A stretch of 63,991 nucleotides of DNA, filler included, from Sphacelaria rigidula (lineage: Eukaryota), in the NCBI GenBank assembly GCA_964200075.2. It is 10 parts of 10 records of this genome, joined end to end, with 100 filler letters (N's around TTAATTAATTAA, not from the genome) between each part and the next. Parts side by side here need not be neighbours in the genome. Positions count along the whole stretch, not along the records: positions 51,274 to 57,582 come from CAXNAA020020873.1; positions 57,683 to 63,991 come from CAXNAA020020874.1; 8 more parts are not named here. One strand, written 5' to 3'. A program made the translations under genes and the position numbers. The notes beneath the pieces are model-generated. The model was given only the letters and a program-made list of their open reading frames with translations, ran no database searches and was not told where the DNA came from. Within the stretch, counting starts at the first letter, position 1. Each line of letters opens with the position of its first letter. Shown one piece after another: positions 51,174 through 63,991 of this stretch.

Positions 51174-54100
51174 NNNNNNNNNNNNNNNNNNNNNNNNNNN
51201 NNNNNNNNNNNNNNNNNTTAATTAATTAANNNNNNNNNNNNNNNNNNNNNNNNNNNNNNNNNNNNNNNNNNNNGGGTGATTCATGAGGTTTTCCCTACCC
51301 CCCCATACCCCCCCCCAAGTCGGGGGGGGGGAGGGGCGGGAGTGCATAATGTGACAAAATTCGAAAGCAACTGCAAAAAACACATATCGAAGTTCTCCGA
51401 GAAACACGGTAGTATTATTTTGTCTCAGCAAAACACATGATGGTTTTTTGGGGGTCGCTTGAGTAAGCGTTTTCCGCCCCAACAGTAGCACTGGGCGCAC
51501 GAAAGATAGGAAAAGTGTGCTGAAATCCTCGCAGAGAGTGCAGCAGCAATTCTTTGATGAGGCGGCACACTCCGCCGAAGGACATATGCCGGTGAAACTT
51601 GGTACTGAATCGCCACAATAGACTTTCTTAGACAGATTTTTCCGTACACAACAAGCGGCTTTACACGAGTTTTCGTCCCTTGCTCCCATGCCAGGCAATT
51701 ACCCCGCGAAAAGAACGATGGGTTGATCCTGCTTGCAAGTGTTTAACGGTCCAAACCCAAGTCTATATATTTCCCGTGACCTCCCTTTGAAACGGGGGTG
51801 TAGTCGGAAAGACAACGGCGTGATTAACCGGTAATTAATGTACTGTCAATATTTATCAACATTTGTTTGAGTAGCAACAGCGACGATTGAGATCGGCGAC
51901 CGCACGTGACCCCAACAACACAACCGCCGCTGCCGGCACACGCACCGTCTAAGAAGGCCGGAGGGAGGGAAATCGGGGGCTGTGCATACAGTAGCTTACT
52001 CTATCGTTCGGTGCGGTGCCGATGTGTTGCCTGCAGTGGATGCGCTAGTAGTGGCGCCTGTCTCCAGAAAACGATATCGTTATCCACCCGCCCCTGCGGA
52101 TCACACGGCTGCACCATCAATTCAACCGTTCTGCGGCATCGTTGTGCCACACTTTATTCTTCTGCGCGATCTGATCGATTATGCACATGAATGTGCTCCA
52201 ATGATTTTTTAATTGTCAGGCGTTGTACCGGCCATGACTCTTAAAAGGTGAAGTTCTTAGACTTGAATCAAGTCATGCACTTCAATGTACAGGCTACCCC
52301 ATGGGCGCGGATGCCTGGTGGCGAGGAAATTTTGTCAGTGTATGGGGTTGTCATTCCTTTGCGGGCAGGCTGTCTTATTCTGCTTGCGCGGGCAGTTCTA
52401 CGCACGCTGCGTGATCGCCAACCTACACACACCTCTTTCCAAAATCCCATTTTTTCTTCAAGTTTCGAAACTACACCCAAATCAAATCTTCAGCTCCCGA
52501 CATTTCACATCATCATTTGCCTTAGAATCGCTCAATTTGGGCGGTGGCGCGAAGCGCCAGAATCCTTGTGCCCCTATACATAATAAATTTGGTCGGAGCA
52601 CAGTACGAAATTCTCTCGGTGCCTGACAGGGCAGCATTCCAAGGGTTCTTACGAGCCTTGAGAGCTCGCCATTTCGTTCACTATAACTTAAACTACCTTG
52701 CAGGCTATCTAGAATCAGAGTACATTTTTTCCTTCGTCCAGCCCTGGCAGCTCACGTGAAATTACAGTACATTTGCTTTTCCGTCCGAGCCCTCCATCCG
52801 TTTTGTTCCACGTCACATGAACAACACCACACGGCTGTCTCCGAAGTACTAACCGCTGGATGTTTTCTCGTCCCCACGTGCGGGTCTCTCTATCTGGACG
52901 TCTGCCGCCACCAACGTGACGGAACGCCTCCCTCTTTCTTCTCTCTGTCTCGCTCACACAACGTGACACACCACCATCCAAGCATACAGTGTGTGCTGCC
53001 TTACCTTTTATGTGTCAGAATTTTCGTGGGAACACAGGGCAAAACAGATCCACTCGATGGTAGATAGGGCAGCGTTCAAATCGGTATGGTGTTGGAAGTT
53101 GGCATTATTTTCTCGCCGAGACCTGTTCATCTCCGGCGCAAAAACTAGTATCGAAATCTTCTGCATAAACTAACCCAATAAATTGCAGTCTGTCACTATC
53201 CTCCTAACCCCGACGAAGGTAGACCGGACTCTCGGGCAGCGACCGTGTTCCACGTAGTCAACGTAGTCAAGGAGTGCACTGTCCTACGGTCGCCGATTTG
53301 AGTAGTGATGCACGTGCCCTCGCACAAACGTTCGCCTATATTCCCAAGGGAACCAAGTGTTATGAGAAACGAGTAAACGCCCGTGTGAAGATCCGGATTT
53401 GGGCTTCTGCCGGCAATCGTTGTACGTACCGCTGTATTTATGGTCAACCTTTGAGGCAGGGGTGGATAATCTCTCTGCTGAATCGGCACAATCTTCACTC
53501 GAATGATGAGTGCGAGATCCATGTCGCCCACTGCGGCGGTCAAAGGGTTACCGACAATCCGAACACAGCATCACCGTTCATCGTATGGAAAATCCGCGGT
53601 AATCCGGGCCATGTTTTCGAGATTTTCGAGTTTAATACATACGTAATGAAGCTCATCAACCCTTTGACCGCAAACCCCCCGCAAGTGATTCACCTCCCAT
53701 AACGTATGCCACATCTGGGGTTCAGAACAGCTGTTTTTTCCAACGACAAAACACCTTTTTCACGAACGAGCGCGTGGATGTTGGGCATGTACTTGTGAAC
53801 AGAGACAAGTCCCGGAGAACCCCTGATCGTTTTTGAGCCACAAGTCAAGTGCATACAGAGTCAGTATGTATCTCTGCGATGGGCAGTTTTGAGTTTTATG
53901 GATTACATGCTTTCATGGCTTGCAAGTGGCGCACGCTGGCAGCTGCCATTACCACCATACATGCAAACGATATACATCCTCTCCTCCCATTTATGCTTTC
54001 GCAGCCTTCCTCAAAACTCGGGACAGGGCTGGCACACCTCGAGCATGCTTTGATCCTGCATGCATATAACAACATCGCCTCTACTGTACCTACCTCTGTC

Positions 54101-56153
54101 TTTTTCACTGTCTGCACTGCTGCTGCTACTGTACAGTACGTGGATGCAGAGTGTTTTAAATCAGTGGCGGAACACAACGGCGTGAAACAGTCCGCGTGCG
54201 GTCTCTCTTCCCTGAACACAGTCTACTTTTTTCGCGTTTATATGTCAAACACACACGGTTGACTCCGTGAGCTTTCCGGTTATTCTGCGAAGAGACACCC
54301 ACCTCAGCCTCAACCCCCTCCCCACCACCACCACCTAGAACCCCCGGGACGTCCCTGGACTTACCCGGCGAAACGTGTCCCAGGTGAGGCTCGCAGTCAA
54401 AGAGTCAAGAGCCCAAAAAATGATAGAAGATGTATAATAATAAAACACGATTGGCAAAGTCGAATCTGAGCGGGGGTTCATGGCGGCGCAGAAGACGAGA
54501 AACGAATCGTCCCCGGGGGATGATTTCTACCGTGAATTTAGGGGTGATATCGACCGTTTTTGCCTAAACCATGCGAAAAGCAATACGTTTAGACTAGGTG
54601 AAGGTCATCTTCAGATACTTGAAACACGAAAAAAAAAAAACAAGGCTCCGTCACCGGGAATTGAATGAGGGCATCCCGCCTTCCAAAAATGATCAAACCG
54701 GTGGTATCTACCGTTTTGATTTGTAACACACGGGCGTTTGACTTGTAGCACACGAACGGCAACACACCTAAACATGAACGAACCGATACAGCGTGTTTTA
54801 CAGTCGGGCTATACATCTTTCTCCCGTTCAAGCCAGAATTGGACTCGCGAGATCTTCGCCTGGACTACCGCGGAAGCGCCCCGCCGCACCAGCACCACGG
54901 ACATTTGTTCGTGTGTTGTGTATATGTAACAAGCAGAGGGGCCTCCGTGATGCGGGAGGCTGGGGTCCCATTTCTGACATGTCGTAAGATTGGACGAGGA
55001 AAGATGCAATACATGTATTCATTATGTCTCTTGGAATTGATCCACTGAGCGGGTGGCGGCGGACGCCATCGAAAACCTTGTGGAGTCTACATAGTACATA
55101 TATAGAATATTTCGAACTCACGAGCGCGAAGCATACTTTGTAACGAGGCGTCCACGAGATTAATGCTGATTTTAGTGTCAATTTCCTCCGCACCCGCCCC
55201 GGGAGATGACTCTCCGGGCCAATGCCAATGCTAGGGGCCCGGTACGCGGAGTCGTGCTACACTTTGTGCGGGGGTAAACATACGTTGGCGACCGTTCGAA
55301 CGGGCGCGTGATCGCGATAGTCCTGCAATGTTTCCGGCGGGCGTGAACATTTCGAGAGAGGATCTATTCTCACGAGGGCTTGGCAAGGCAAGAATACCGA
55401 GGCCCTGGAAAAAGACGGACGAGACCAGGGCGCAGTCTCGGGTCCCGTGCGGCTTGTATATATATATATATATATCCTGGGACAAGCGTTTCCAAACTTG
55501 CCTACTTACGTTCCCGAAGCAAAGTGTGGATCAGCGACCTTCCTTGTACTACAGAAGTGGTTCCGTTGGAGAACAACGACACGTGTTCCACACATATAAA
55601 GGCAGTTGATGGGTTCTGACCGATCTCGAACGAAGCCCTTGTGTGTCCTTCAACGGCAAACTGCACCAAAGTGAGACAAACATAAGCGATGCCGTCGTGC
55701 ACAAAACAACGTTATGATTTAATGTCTATGTAAGGATGAGCGTTGCGTGTTTGCAACGCTCCCTTCGAATACTGTACTTCCACAAGCACCCTCAGCTCTG
55801 ACCACCCAATGTCGTGTGCTTCATCGCCTGCACCCGCCCCCGTCGAGGAGGTAAGATCGGGCCTGGGCTTCTTTACTCTTTCTACGCCTTCCCACAGTGG
55901 GAGGCACTTGCCCGCTTTGTGCACATTCTGGCGGCCTCCCAACCCCACGAAGTGAGTATCTCACGTTCTACCTAGGATTGACAAAATTCCCAGCTCCAAG
56001 GACACATCAAAGCGAGGAATAAAAGGCTAAAAACTGTTGAGAATAGAACAAAACGTTGTCAACGATTATTTATTTCAAAAGTAAAAGGGACTCTGGCCAC
56101 TGCGAGGAGTGACTACAAAGAGTGATCCCCCCTATTGCGCGACGAGTTCTTAC

Positions 56154-57246
56154 CCGAGCAGCTGCAATATACGCCTCGAGCGCCTCCATGACCACCAACG
56201 ACGGCTGACTAGTACCCTCCGTTGCTGCCGCGGTTCTCCCCCTCCTTCCTCGTCGCCTGGCCCAGTCATTTTCTACCAGACTTCGAAGTTCCGCTAGTAC
56301 GGCGGATGCTTGCTTGAGGTCTCCCGTAATCGCGTGAACTAACGCCGCGCCGTGCAATGATGCCTGTGTTGTGTGTGTGCACGTGGGGTGTTCTTGAAGA
56401 TATGTCAGACGAAAACTGCTTATTTTCTTCTTCTTTTTCACCTGGGCCTCCCCCCCCCTTCCTCGGGGCGAGTTTGTGGTCTCAAGACATCAACACGTCA
56501 TTCCACCGGTACACGCCTCCTTACACCTTGGTTTGGTAGCGCGGGTTAGATCAGCACTCCGGCACTGCGTCGACTCTCGTCCAACAAACTCAGCCAAAAC
56601 ATACTATTTTTGCTAATCACGCCTCGCGCTTTCACAGGCGGATATCATATATTTATAAGGAAGAAGTCAAACGAGATGCATCTGGTGATGAGAATCGGAC
56701 CAGTATTTTCCTCGCCCCAATGGCTTCAGTTGTACCATTCAACCACCAGGCCGCGGCAATTTGCTTGAGGTTTGTATTGAAGCCACCATGGTGCGTGCCC
56801 CGTAATCTGAAGTCTTTGACTGGTGAGAAAATGTTCGCGATTTCCCATCGCCAGCGCAGAATGTTTTCGCTGGTTCGGTTTCGTTCCGTCTTTGATATCT
56901 CCACTCTTAGTCAGTACTTCACTTGTGTGTATGAGATTTGTCTTTCGCCTGCCTGTTTAAAGATATATATATATATATATATGTCGCGTATTTAGCTTGA
57001 AGAATGCCCCTGCATTTTTGAAGTTTTGATACGTAATCTTTGGTAACTTTTGCTTGCGTTGCTGTTGCAATCCAACCTGTTTCCGTCTTCTGCTACCGTC
57101 ACCTGCGAAAGAAACTCGTCTTTGTTGGAAATGGCGACATCTTGGACCTCCCTGAACATGAACAATGCTTCTTCGATATCGCCAGCGCACAGCTTCACGT
57201 ACGCAGATTCGATGATAACTTCTCCGCACCGAAACGTGTCGCCCGC
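56154..57246 (-). CDS. Two internal exons (57246-57103, 56363-56154) of a helical TPR-like protein
   Basis: Phase-0 GT-AG junctions; AGDIEEALFMFREVQDVA...LHGAALVHAITGDLKQASAVL has a TPR-like pattern. Confidence 0.65.
56423..56640 (-). mobile_element. Intronic SINE copy
   Basis: gtggtctcaag...gatcagcactccggcactgcgtcgactctcgtc core. Confidence 0.7.
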
Positions 57247-58087
57247 CTGACCCCAACGCAACCAATAAGGTATTTGTGCCAAAACAGAACTCAGTGCAGA
57301 ACAGACAGAACAGGAGAGGGGGATTGTGGCAGCTGCGCTTCACGCAAAAATCTCCTGGTTCTTGTTTTTCGAATTATTTGAAGACGACGAATTTCGTCTG
57401 GTCAATTATTCACGTATTGAAACAATGCTGTATCAAAGAAGTAAAATCTCAGCTGGTGTGAGCGTTGAAAATTAAAAAACTGTAATTTCACGCTGCAAGT
57501 GATATAGTAGTCAGCGTCAGAAGTTTTCAGAATTCGTGGTCGTCCTTTTTTCTGAGTCTTTCTGGAGTACCATCCTTCACTANNNNNNNNNNNNNNNNNN
57601 NNNNNNNNNNNNNNNNNNNNNNNNNNTTAATTAATTAANNNNNNNNNNNNNNNNNNNNNNNNNNNNNNNNNNNNNNNNNNNNAATTTCCCCCGAGCACTA
57701 CATGTTAGTGTTATCAACTAGGATTTACTATAGGATGGTGACCCAACAAAAATTCGGGGGATGGGAGGTCGGGTCTACATAAAATGCAAGTACATGATGA
57801 AAAAGTCGGGAATCCGAGCCCCGACAATGTGGGCTTTCTTTTGCTTCGAAGGCTTTTCTGTGGGCCAGGGACAGGGTACACCGTCTTTGCAGTGGCATCA
57901 CTCCCGGCAACAGCCCCCTCCCCCCACTTGTCGTTCTGATGTGGTCGATAAATTTCGCCTCGCCCTGATTGGACAGGTCGCTCCCAGACTTGTTTATTAT
58001 TATTTCACTATCACGTGAACATGGTGTTAGTGAGCTTCAGTCCCAAAAGGGTTAACGCATTGTCCAGCAAAATTGCTTGTGTCTTTT

Positions 58088-58180
58088 CCCGGTTCAAAGA
58101 TGGCAAGGTGAAACTTGTGCCCGGTTCAACGATGGTCATGTGGAATAATGTGCCCGGTTCAGAGATGGTCATGTGAAGGC
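58088..58180 (+). repeat. Minisatellite, about 32-33 bp x3
   Basis: cccggttcaNNgatgg(tc/ca)aNgtg repeated three times. Confidence 0.85.
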
Positions 58181-61100
58181 TTGCTCTGTTTTTGAAAAAA
58201 CTGGACAACGTTGCTGACGGAACAAAGAGAAGACAGTTATCCCCGTGAATAAAGGCCTTACCGACCAAAAATCCGTTGCCCACAATAAATAAAATGAAAG
58301 CGGACGGATATTGAAGACGTTGAAGACGTCATAGACTGGTCGGGCCTGTGCCGAACCCCTGCTGAACATAGCACACGCTCCATCCCAAGTTACCTAGGTC
58401 TAGTATGCGACAGCTGTAAATTTTTCATCGTTACTATCTCGAAACAGGAAACAAACAGGCCTCTGGAACTTCACAGCCCTCCGCACACACACTAGACGTG
58501 GTGAGTTTGACGGCGGAGTTGCTCAAGTCGCCACAGCGGATCCGAAAAGCCCCAGAACGTTGAAGGAAACGCGTTTTTAGTACATGTTGTGTTTGGTGCA
58601 GCGGTTTGCAAAGTGCTGCGTCCTCCGCGGCACGCGTACGGCGTCCTCCACGGCACGCGTACGGAAACCTCTTCTTGTCGAATTCACTAGTTCTGGTATG
58701 TGGGAAGCGCACGTATCAAACCGCAGTCCAATCCTCTGCGTCGTTGCCGAGAAAGTAGCGTTGAAAGATAAGCACAACAACATACTGCAACAAGAAGGGC
58801 ACAACAACAACACGAGCAGCACCTTCTATCCTCCTGTTGTTGCAACCCTGTGTACAGGTGTACAGCAGGTCAGTCACAGGTGTGTTGTAGAATGTACTAT
58901 AGCAATAGTACATTTTGTGTGAGCGCCGTCGTCATTTTGAGTGACGCGTGTACTTGTGATTGATACTGATTGGCTCATTTAGGTTTCATTTCTCCTGCAT
59001 TCAACTGCCCGTGGAGTTGGTCGGTCCATTTTCCCGGTATATAGTGCCCAAAATCGGGTCCCATTCACGGGCATAACAGTAATGCACCCTTATAAACTAC
59101 ACATTTTTGACAAATGCCCTCCGTTTCTTCTCTGCTTGGTGCATTTTGCTCAAGTATAAGTATGCAGGCTTAACGCTTTGACAATAATGCTGCCACGAAA
59201 ATGTGCCATTCTCAGCGATCACTCAAATCAGGGGACCTCGTAGATGGGAATCAATACACGATAGCCTCGAAAGTTGAAATTTGGTCGGATGGCAGACGCC
59301 ACTAGTGCACTTGAACCTGACAGACCGATCAGTGATGGAGCCCCAGCGCCGGTCGAAGAAACCGGTTTGCCTGTGGACAACAGCTTTCTCGCTTCTACAT
59401 ACGTTATGTATATAGACAACGCATGTTGGCCAAAAGTCCCGCTAAGTTACATCCAAGGTTAACCCTTTCGGCGCCGGGCCTCGTTTCGGTACAATATTTT
59501 GGCTGACAGTCCCGCAGGATATGTGCAACCATGTATTGCAGTGAACAAGATTGGAATAAGATGCAATGCCGACAGTCCAGACTGTCCGTACTTTCTGCAC
59601 ACATCAGGATGCGACAAACTTTTGAACAACGTGCAGTCCAGACAGTACAGTAGTGTCTGCGCTATCCACACACATGGGGATGTAAATAAGATTTGAACAA
59701 CGTGCGGCACAGACAGTACAGTACTGCCCGCACAGTGGGATGTAGATGACAGTTTGCACACAGCAGTGCAGCGGTCTATAGACGATATATATTGACACCG
59801 CCGTGCATGCGGCGGTGCAAAGGAGATGATGAGTGATGGTGACCCCACAACCGCTGGCCAGAGGCCATTGCTTGCCTGTGTTTACTAGGGATATGTGTTA
59901 TTTGACGAAGCGTGGACGATAAACCACTGAGGATCGCCTTGGAGAGTACAGGACCAGACACCGCGCGGTGTTCTCCGTCATCTCTCTCATCTAGTCGAAG
60001 TTGCACTGGGGACTGTCATCAAGATCTAGAACACACGCTCGTGACTGCAAAGATGGCCAAATTTTATGTTAGACCTACGTACCAAAATGTTTGACGACCT
60101 TCTCACCTCCATGACCACCGGAGCTGCAATATGGACTTGAATAGACCGGAATTACGCCGTCCATCTGGCACTATTTTGGTTTTGGTGCACTTCCGTCTCA
60201 CCCACTTTGCCCCGATAACACCCCCTTCCGCCAAAATTTGAAATCCCGAATTCCTGGTGCGTGTCACATGGCGTTTTGGATATACGGCCAAAGTCGACGT
60301 CTTTCGCGATTTTTTGTGCTTGTCCGTGTCCGGTCCGTCTGAGCCTTCGGGCACTCAAAGAGTGCGATCTACTTGCGATGCTACCGTTTCCTCTTTTGAG
60401 CAAACGCTTCTTCTTAGTCCATGAGAAATTTCTGCTTGTCGGGTGCGTTTTCCCGGGACCCTGCTGCCGCGAAGCAAGGCACATCTTGATGGTTCGACGC
60501 TGCCGCGCTGTTTGTTATGCGCACCTTTTACTGTATTGTTATGTAGGGTATTTCCAGCCGTGAAACGTGGAGGGAATGTTTTGCGCGTATTTCCCATCCG
60601 CCGCATAACGCGTAGGAGCCAAGAAAATGTTCGTTTCCAACCCCACACTACACGCGAGATGTTACGGCTTGCCTGCCTGCCTGTTTTTTTCGTTTCGGTT
60701 TTCAATCGAATCATGTGTATCTGAGCTACCGTAGCGCCCCGGTCTCGTGGCCCGCTTCCGATGATTTAAACAGCTGCATATTGAATCAACGTTCGTGCAG
60801 TGTTTGCAAGTCAACCTCCGGAGTATAGTTCTGTCGTGTATGCAGTAAGGCGCTTTTTCTGCGATATCTTATCCAGCGGAAACTAAACCTGGCGCGCTCA
60901 ACCCTCACAAAAATACACACCCTGAACAGTAGATTGCGTTGTCAAAAAGGGTACTGTGTGGAAGACACCTCGTTGCAGTGACATATCAGAGACTGATATG
61001 CCACACATGTATGAAGAACCAGCGCAAGCAGATACAAGGTAGGAACGGTCCAGAAGGACCAGATTACCGAGGACCCTGTAATGCCAACGAAACTAGACAA

Positions 61101-62769
61101 CTCAGGGTGATGCCAGGGAGAGCCTGATATTAGGACGGTCCAACATCCCCCGAGGAACTGGTCGCCCCTGCCGACCACTTATTGTTTGATCCAACTTCTT
61201 GCCCACATATCATAAGAGGAAATCATCGGCAGCCTCGGAGTTCCTTGGGAGTTCCTTCGGCATCAGGACGACATCTCCCACGACAGCCTCCTCCTTAGTC
61301 TGTCTACCCTACAATACGCCTCCCTCACAACTGTACACAAAATAGATTGTCCCTTCGAATGCAATAGACAAAAGATTCCATACTGTCCGCTGTACACTTG
61401 CTGCTATTGTTATCGTTTGCCCGGAGTGTGCAACAATAATTCAAGACAGACCATTTTTCGGCTCATGACGTTCGACTCTGCCAAATAGAAGACCTCTGTG
61501 TACACAAAACATGATGCATACCCGTCTCCTGCCGCAAAGACCAACAAACGCTGAGATCAAACGGGAGATGCCGCGACCCAAAATGACATCGGGTATAGGC
61601 GACTCGGATCCCTTTTTTCTTCAATCGCCTTCGACTCAGAGTAGCTTCCGCTTTTTGAAACAGCCCATAATGTGTGACCCACGGAAAATGCCGCCGCTAG
61701 CCATTGCTCGCGAAATGAGGTCCCTCGTTTTGAGATGATGATGCCTACCCAAAATTCATAACGCACGAAACGATCGGTATACCCGCCAGGAAGGTACGTA
61801 CCATCTCTACACTGTTGGATCTTGCTTTTGATACCGACATGAAAAGGGCTAATTTAGCATACAGTAGCTGAAGCTCCAACCTCAGCACGGTACGACCACA
61901 GCAACTTGAAAAGGTTGTTTCGCAATGCCCCAACGGTGCCACTAGCTCAGTTCGCAGCTTTCAACACGTACTTGAGTACACTATCGGGGTGTTAGTCATA
62001 GCGCTACAGTATGGGTCATGCTGATACACGAACAAACTAGTTTAATTTTTGTCCGAAGTTCGGAGGCGGGATGGGATCGGCGGGGGGTGGGGTTGACCTA
62101 TTTTTTCCTTACGATGTCCCCTTGTACTACCATCTAGTTTATCAGTTATGCTCAGAGATGGAGATTCCAACCAGAGTCCTTGATTTGAGACTTGAGAATA
62201 CCAAATCACCTGGGTTTGGTGTACAGGTGCACAGGGCACTTGAGCTTTTCACGGAACCTCTAATCACATAAATCGAGTATGGCCGGTATTTATGACTTGA
62301 AGACAGCATGACCACCCTATATCCAACTTAATTTCCAACACCCGACTTAAGAGGACAAATACCTGCATTTCTTGGGTTTCGTGTTCCTGTATGCAAATTG
62401 CCTGAGTTTAGTTGGGGTCAGCTAATCACTTGGATCTCGAACGAACGGCAGTATTGTAAGATTTCAGAATAGTGTACCTGTACAAAAATACTCGAATTTA
62501 GTATAGGCAACGTGTGGGCACGCAAAAGCTGAAATTAAGCCTCGTTGGGTGGTGTGTATATGTCCCAGCGAGTACGCGTGAGTCCAAAATTACACTCTAT
62601 GAGGCCCTCAGACCGATGATCGCATTATTACCGGGTGCGTGGAGTTCCAGAGAGCTAGGATCCGATGATCCGACATGCCGCGGGCCCAATAGGGTACTGC
62701 AACACGAAATGAATAGGGAGAAGAGAGCCCTGAGGCGTGAATAAAAACATGAAATCAAGGTGAAGCACC

Positions 62770-62987
62770 AAACAGTGGCGCGCCGCTTCTCGCTTAGCAC
62801 ATGCGTCTTGTCGAATTCGGCGTTGTACTTGGCTGTCGCTGCAGCAGCGACCCGATCTTTTGTACTCGACTTTAGGGGACGGGTTACCACCTGACCAGCA
62901 TCGCTAGAATCGTCGGATTCGCTATCGGAACGCCTTCTCCACGGTGGGAGGAGGTGGTGGCGGAAAAGGTTGCTGAAGCAGCTACCG
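62770..62987 (-). CDS. Candidate exon, unknown protein
   Basis: Acceptor cccgttgtag|; open frame ...WRRRSDSESDDSSDAGQVV...KYNAEFDKTHVLSEKRR; donor uncertain. Confidence 0.3.
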
Positions 62988-63665
62988 CTACAACGGGATA
63001 ATGACATTAACATGCGCGAATCCCTGAAAACGTGACCGGTGAACAAGAACAAATTGAAGTAGGCGACTATGTATCGAGGTGGTGTCTAGGTACCTCTACT
63101 ACTACCCCGTACCAGGAGATATATTAGTGACGACCGATAATGTGTCGGTGCCATTACGCAGCACTACCAAGCGATGACCCGCGAGCGCACGAACAGCGAT
63201 CCTTGGGATACACCTGACGTATCTATCCTTCGCAATATACTTCAAGCTTTTCAAAATCCGCTGTCCCCCCGATGTCCTGCTACGGTGCAAGGAGCTCCAT
63301 GTGCTTTTCCCGTGGCGAATCCTGCCGTACAATGAACGCGGAAATATTATCTTGCAACGTGTATAGTGTTCTACTGTGCGGCACAATACTTCTTATACGG
63401 TATCAACATTCTGCACGGTGAGGCCCGCGCACACACATGCAGTCGGCGCTGTTGCTGCTCGACAGGTCCCGTTGATCGATCAAATCTCGACGGCATTTTA
63501 TTTTCCCGAAATCTCAGCGTTCGGCGGTGTGGATCGCCGCTATGCCGTCGTTTAGAGATCAACCTCGGAGTTGAATATCGTGGGCCGTTGTGCGCCAGTT
63601 TTTTCTTTTTGCACCATTTTCACCGCCCTGTTATTCGCCAGATGTCAGAGAGAAACCGCTGGAGT

Positions 63666-63760
63666 TTTTCATTTATATTATCGCACTTTGAACCTCTCCC
63701 CTTTCTCGGGATGAGTCCGTGGCCTCAAGGGATCATCCCATATCTCCCCCGGTATTATGA
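63666..63760 (-). mobile_element. 5'-truncated SINE 3' end; tail-only piece also at 25504-25537
   Basis: tcgcactttgaacctctcccctttctcgggatgagtccgtggcctcaagggatc. Confidence 0.75.
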
Positions 63761-63991
63761 TGGAAATATACGCTCTGGTAAAACCAAACGTGCATAAGTC
63801 GAGAGACTGGAGACCATGGAATATATCAACGGCCGGACAAATCAATGATTCGTCTGGAAATTACTTGGTTTTAGTGTCGTTGATGCGAATCGTACGAATC
63901 AATCCCCAGGCTTTTGTTTTCAGCGTTGCAACCCAGGTACACACGGTCCACACACGTGGAATGGCGCAAAAGTTGCGTGGATACCCCTTGG

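Noticed and set aside
58088..58180. 32-33 bp repeats resembling a CRISPR array (also 43117-43237)
   Set aside because: No regular unique spacers, no cas genes, eukaryotic context.

Overview
Eukaryotic, repeat-rich DNA with intron-containing genes. The organism is probably a brown alga (Phaeophyceae); this is inferred from gene architecture and repeat types, not proven. The window is NOT one locus: it is ten scaffolds of 6309-6310 bp joined by artificial 100-bp N44-TTAATTAATTAA-N44 linkers, so nothing can be inferred across linkers. Host genes: Mediator MED21 (3' exons, one GC-AG intron), a kinesin (likely kinesin-12/KIF15-like, first two exons), an apparently complete six-exon atypical NMNAT-like nucleotidyltransferase, and partial exons of unknown or TPR-like genes. 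Mobile DNA dominates: decayed Ty3/Gypsy pieces, a tRNA-derived SINE, (CAAT)n-tailed and C-run-ended non-LTR 3' ends, and MITEs/foldbacks. Top candidate for novelty: an intronless 603-aa ORF (8660-10471, minus) encoding an XPG/FEN/XRN-like 5' nuclease plus a 9-Cys CXC finger, the architecture of AcademX DNA transposon proteins. Also notable: a 3' hairpin motif shared by the SINE and the (CAAT)n retroposon, and C-tract-associated LINE ends.
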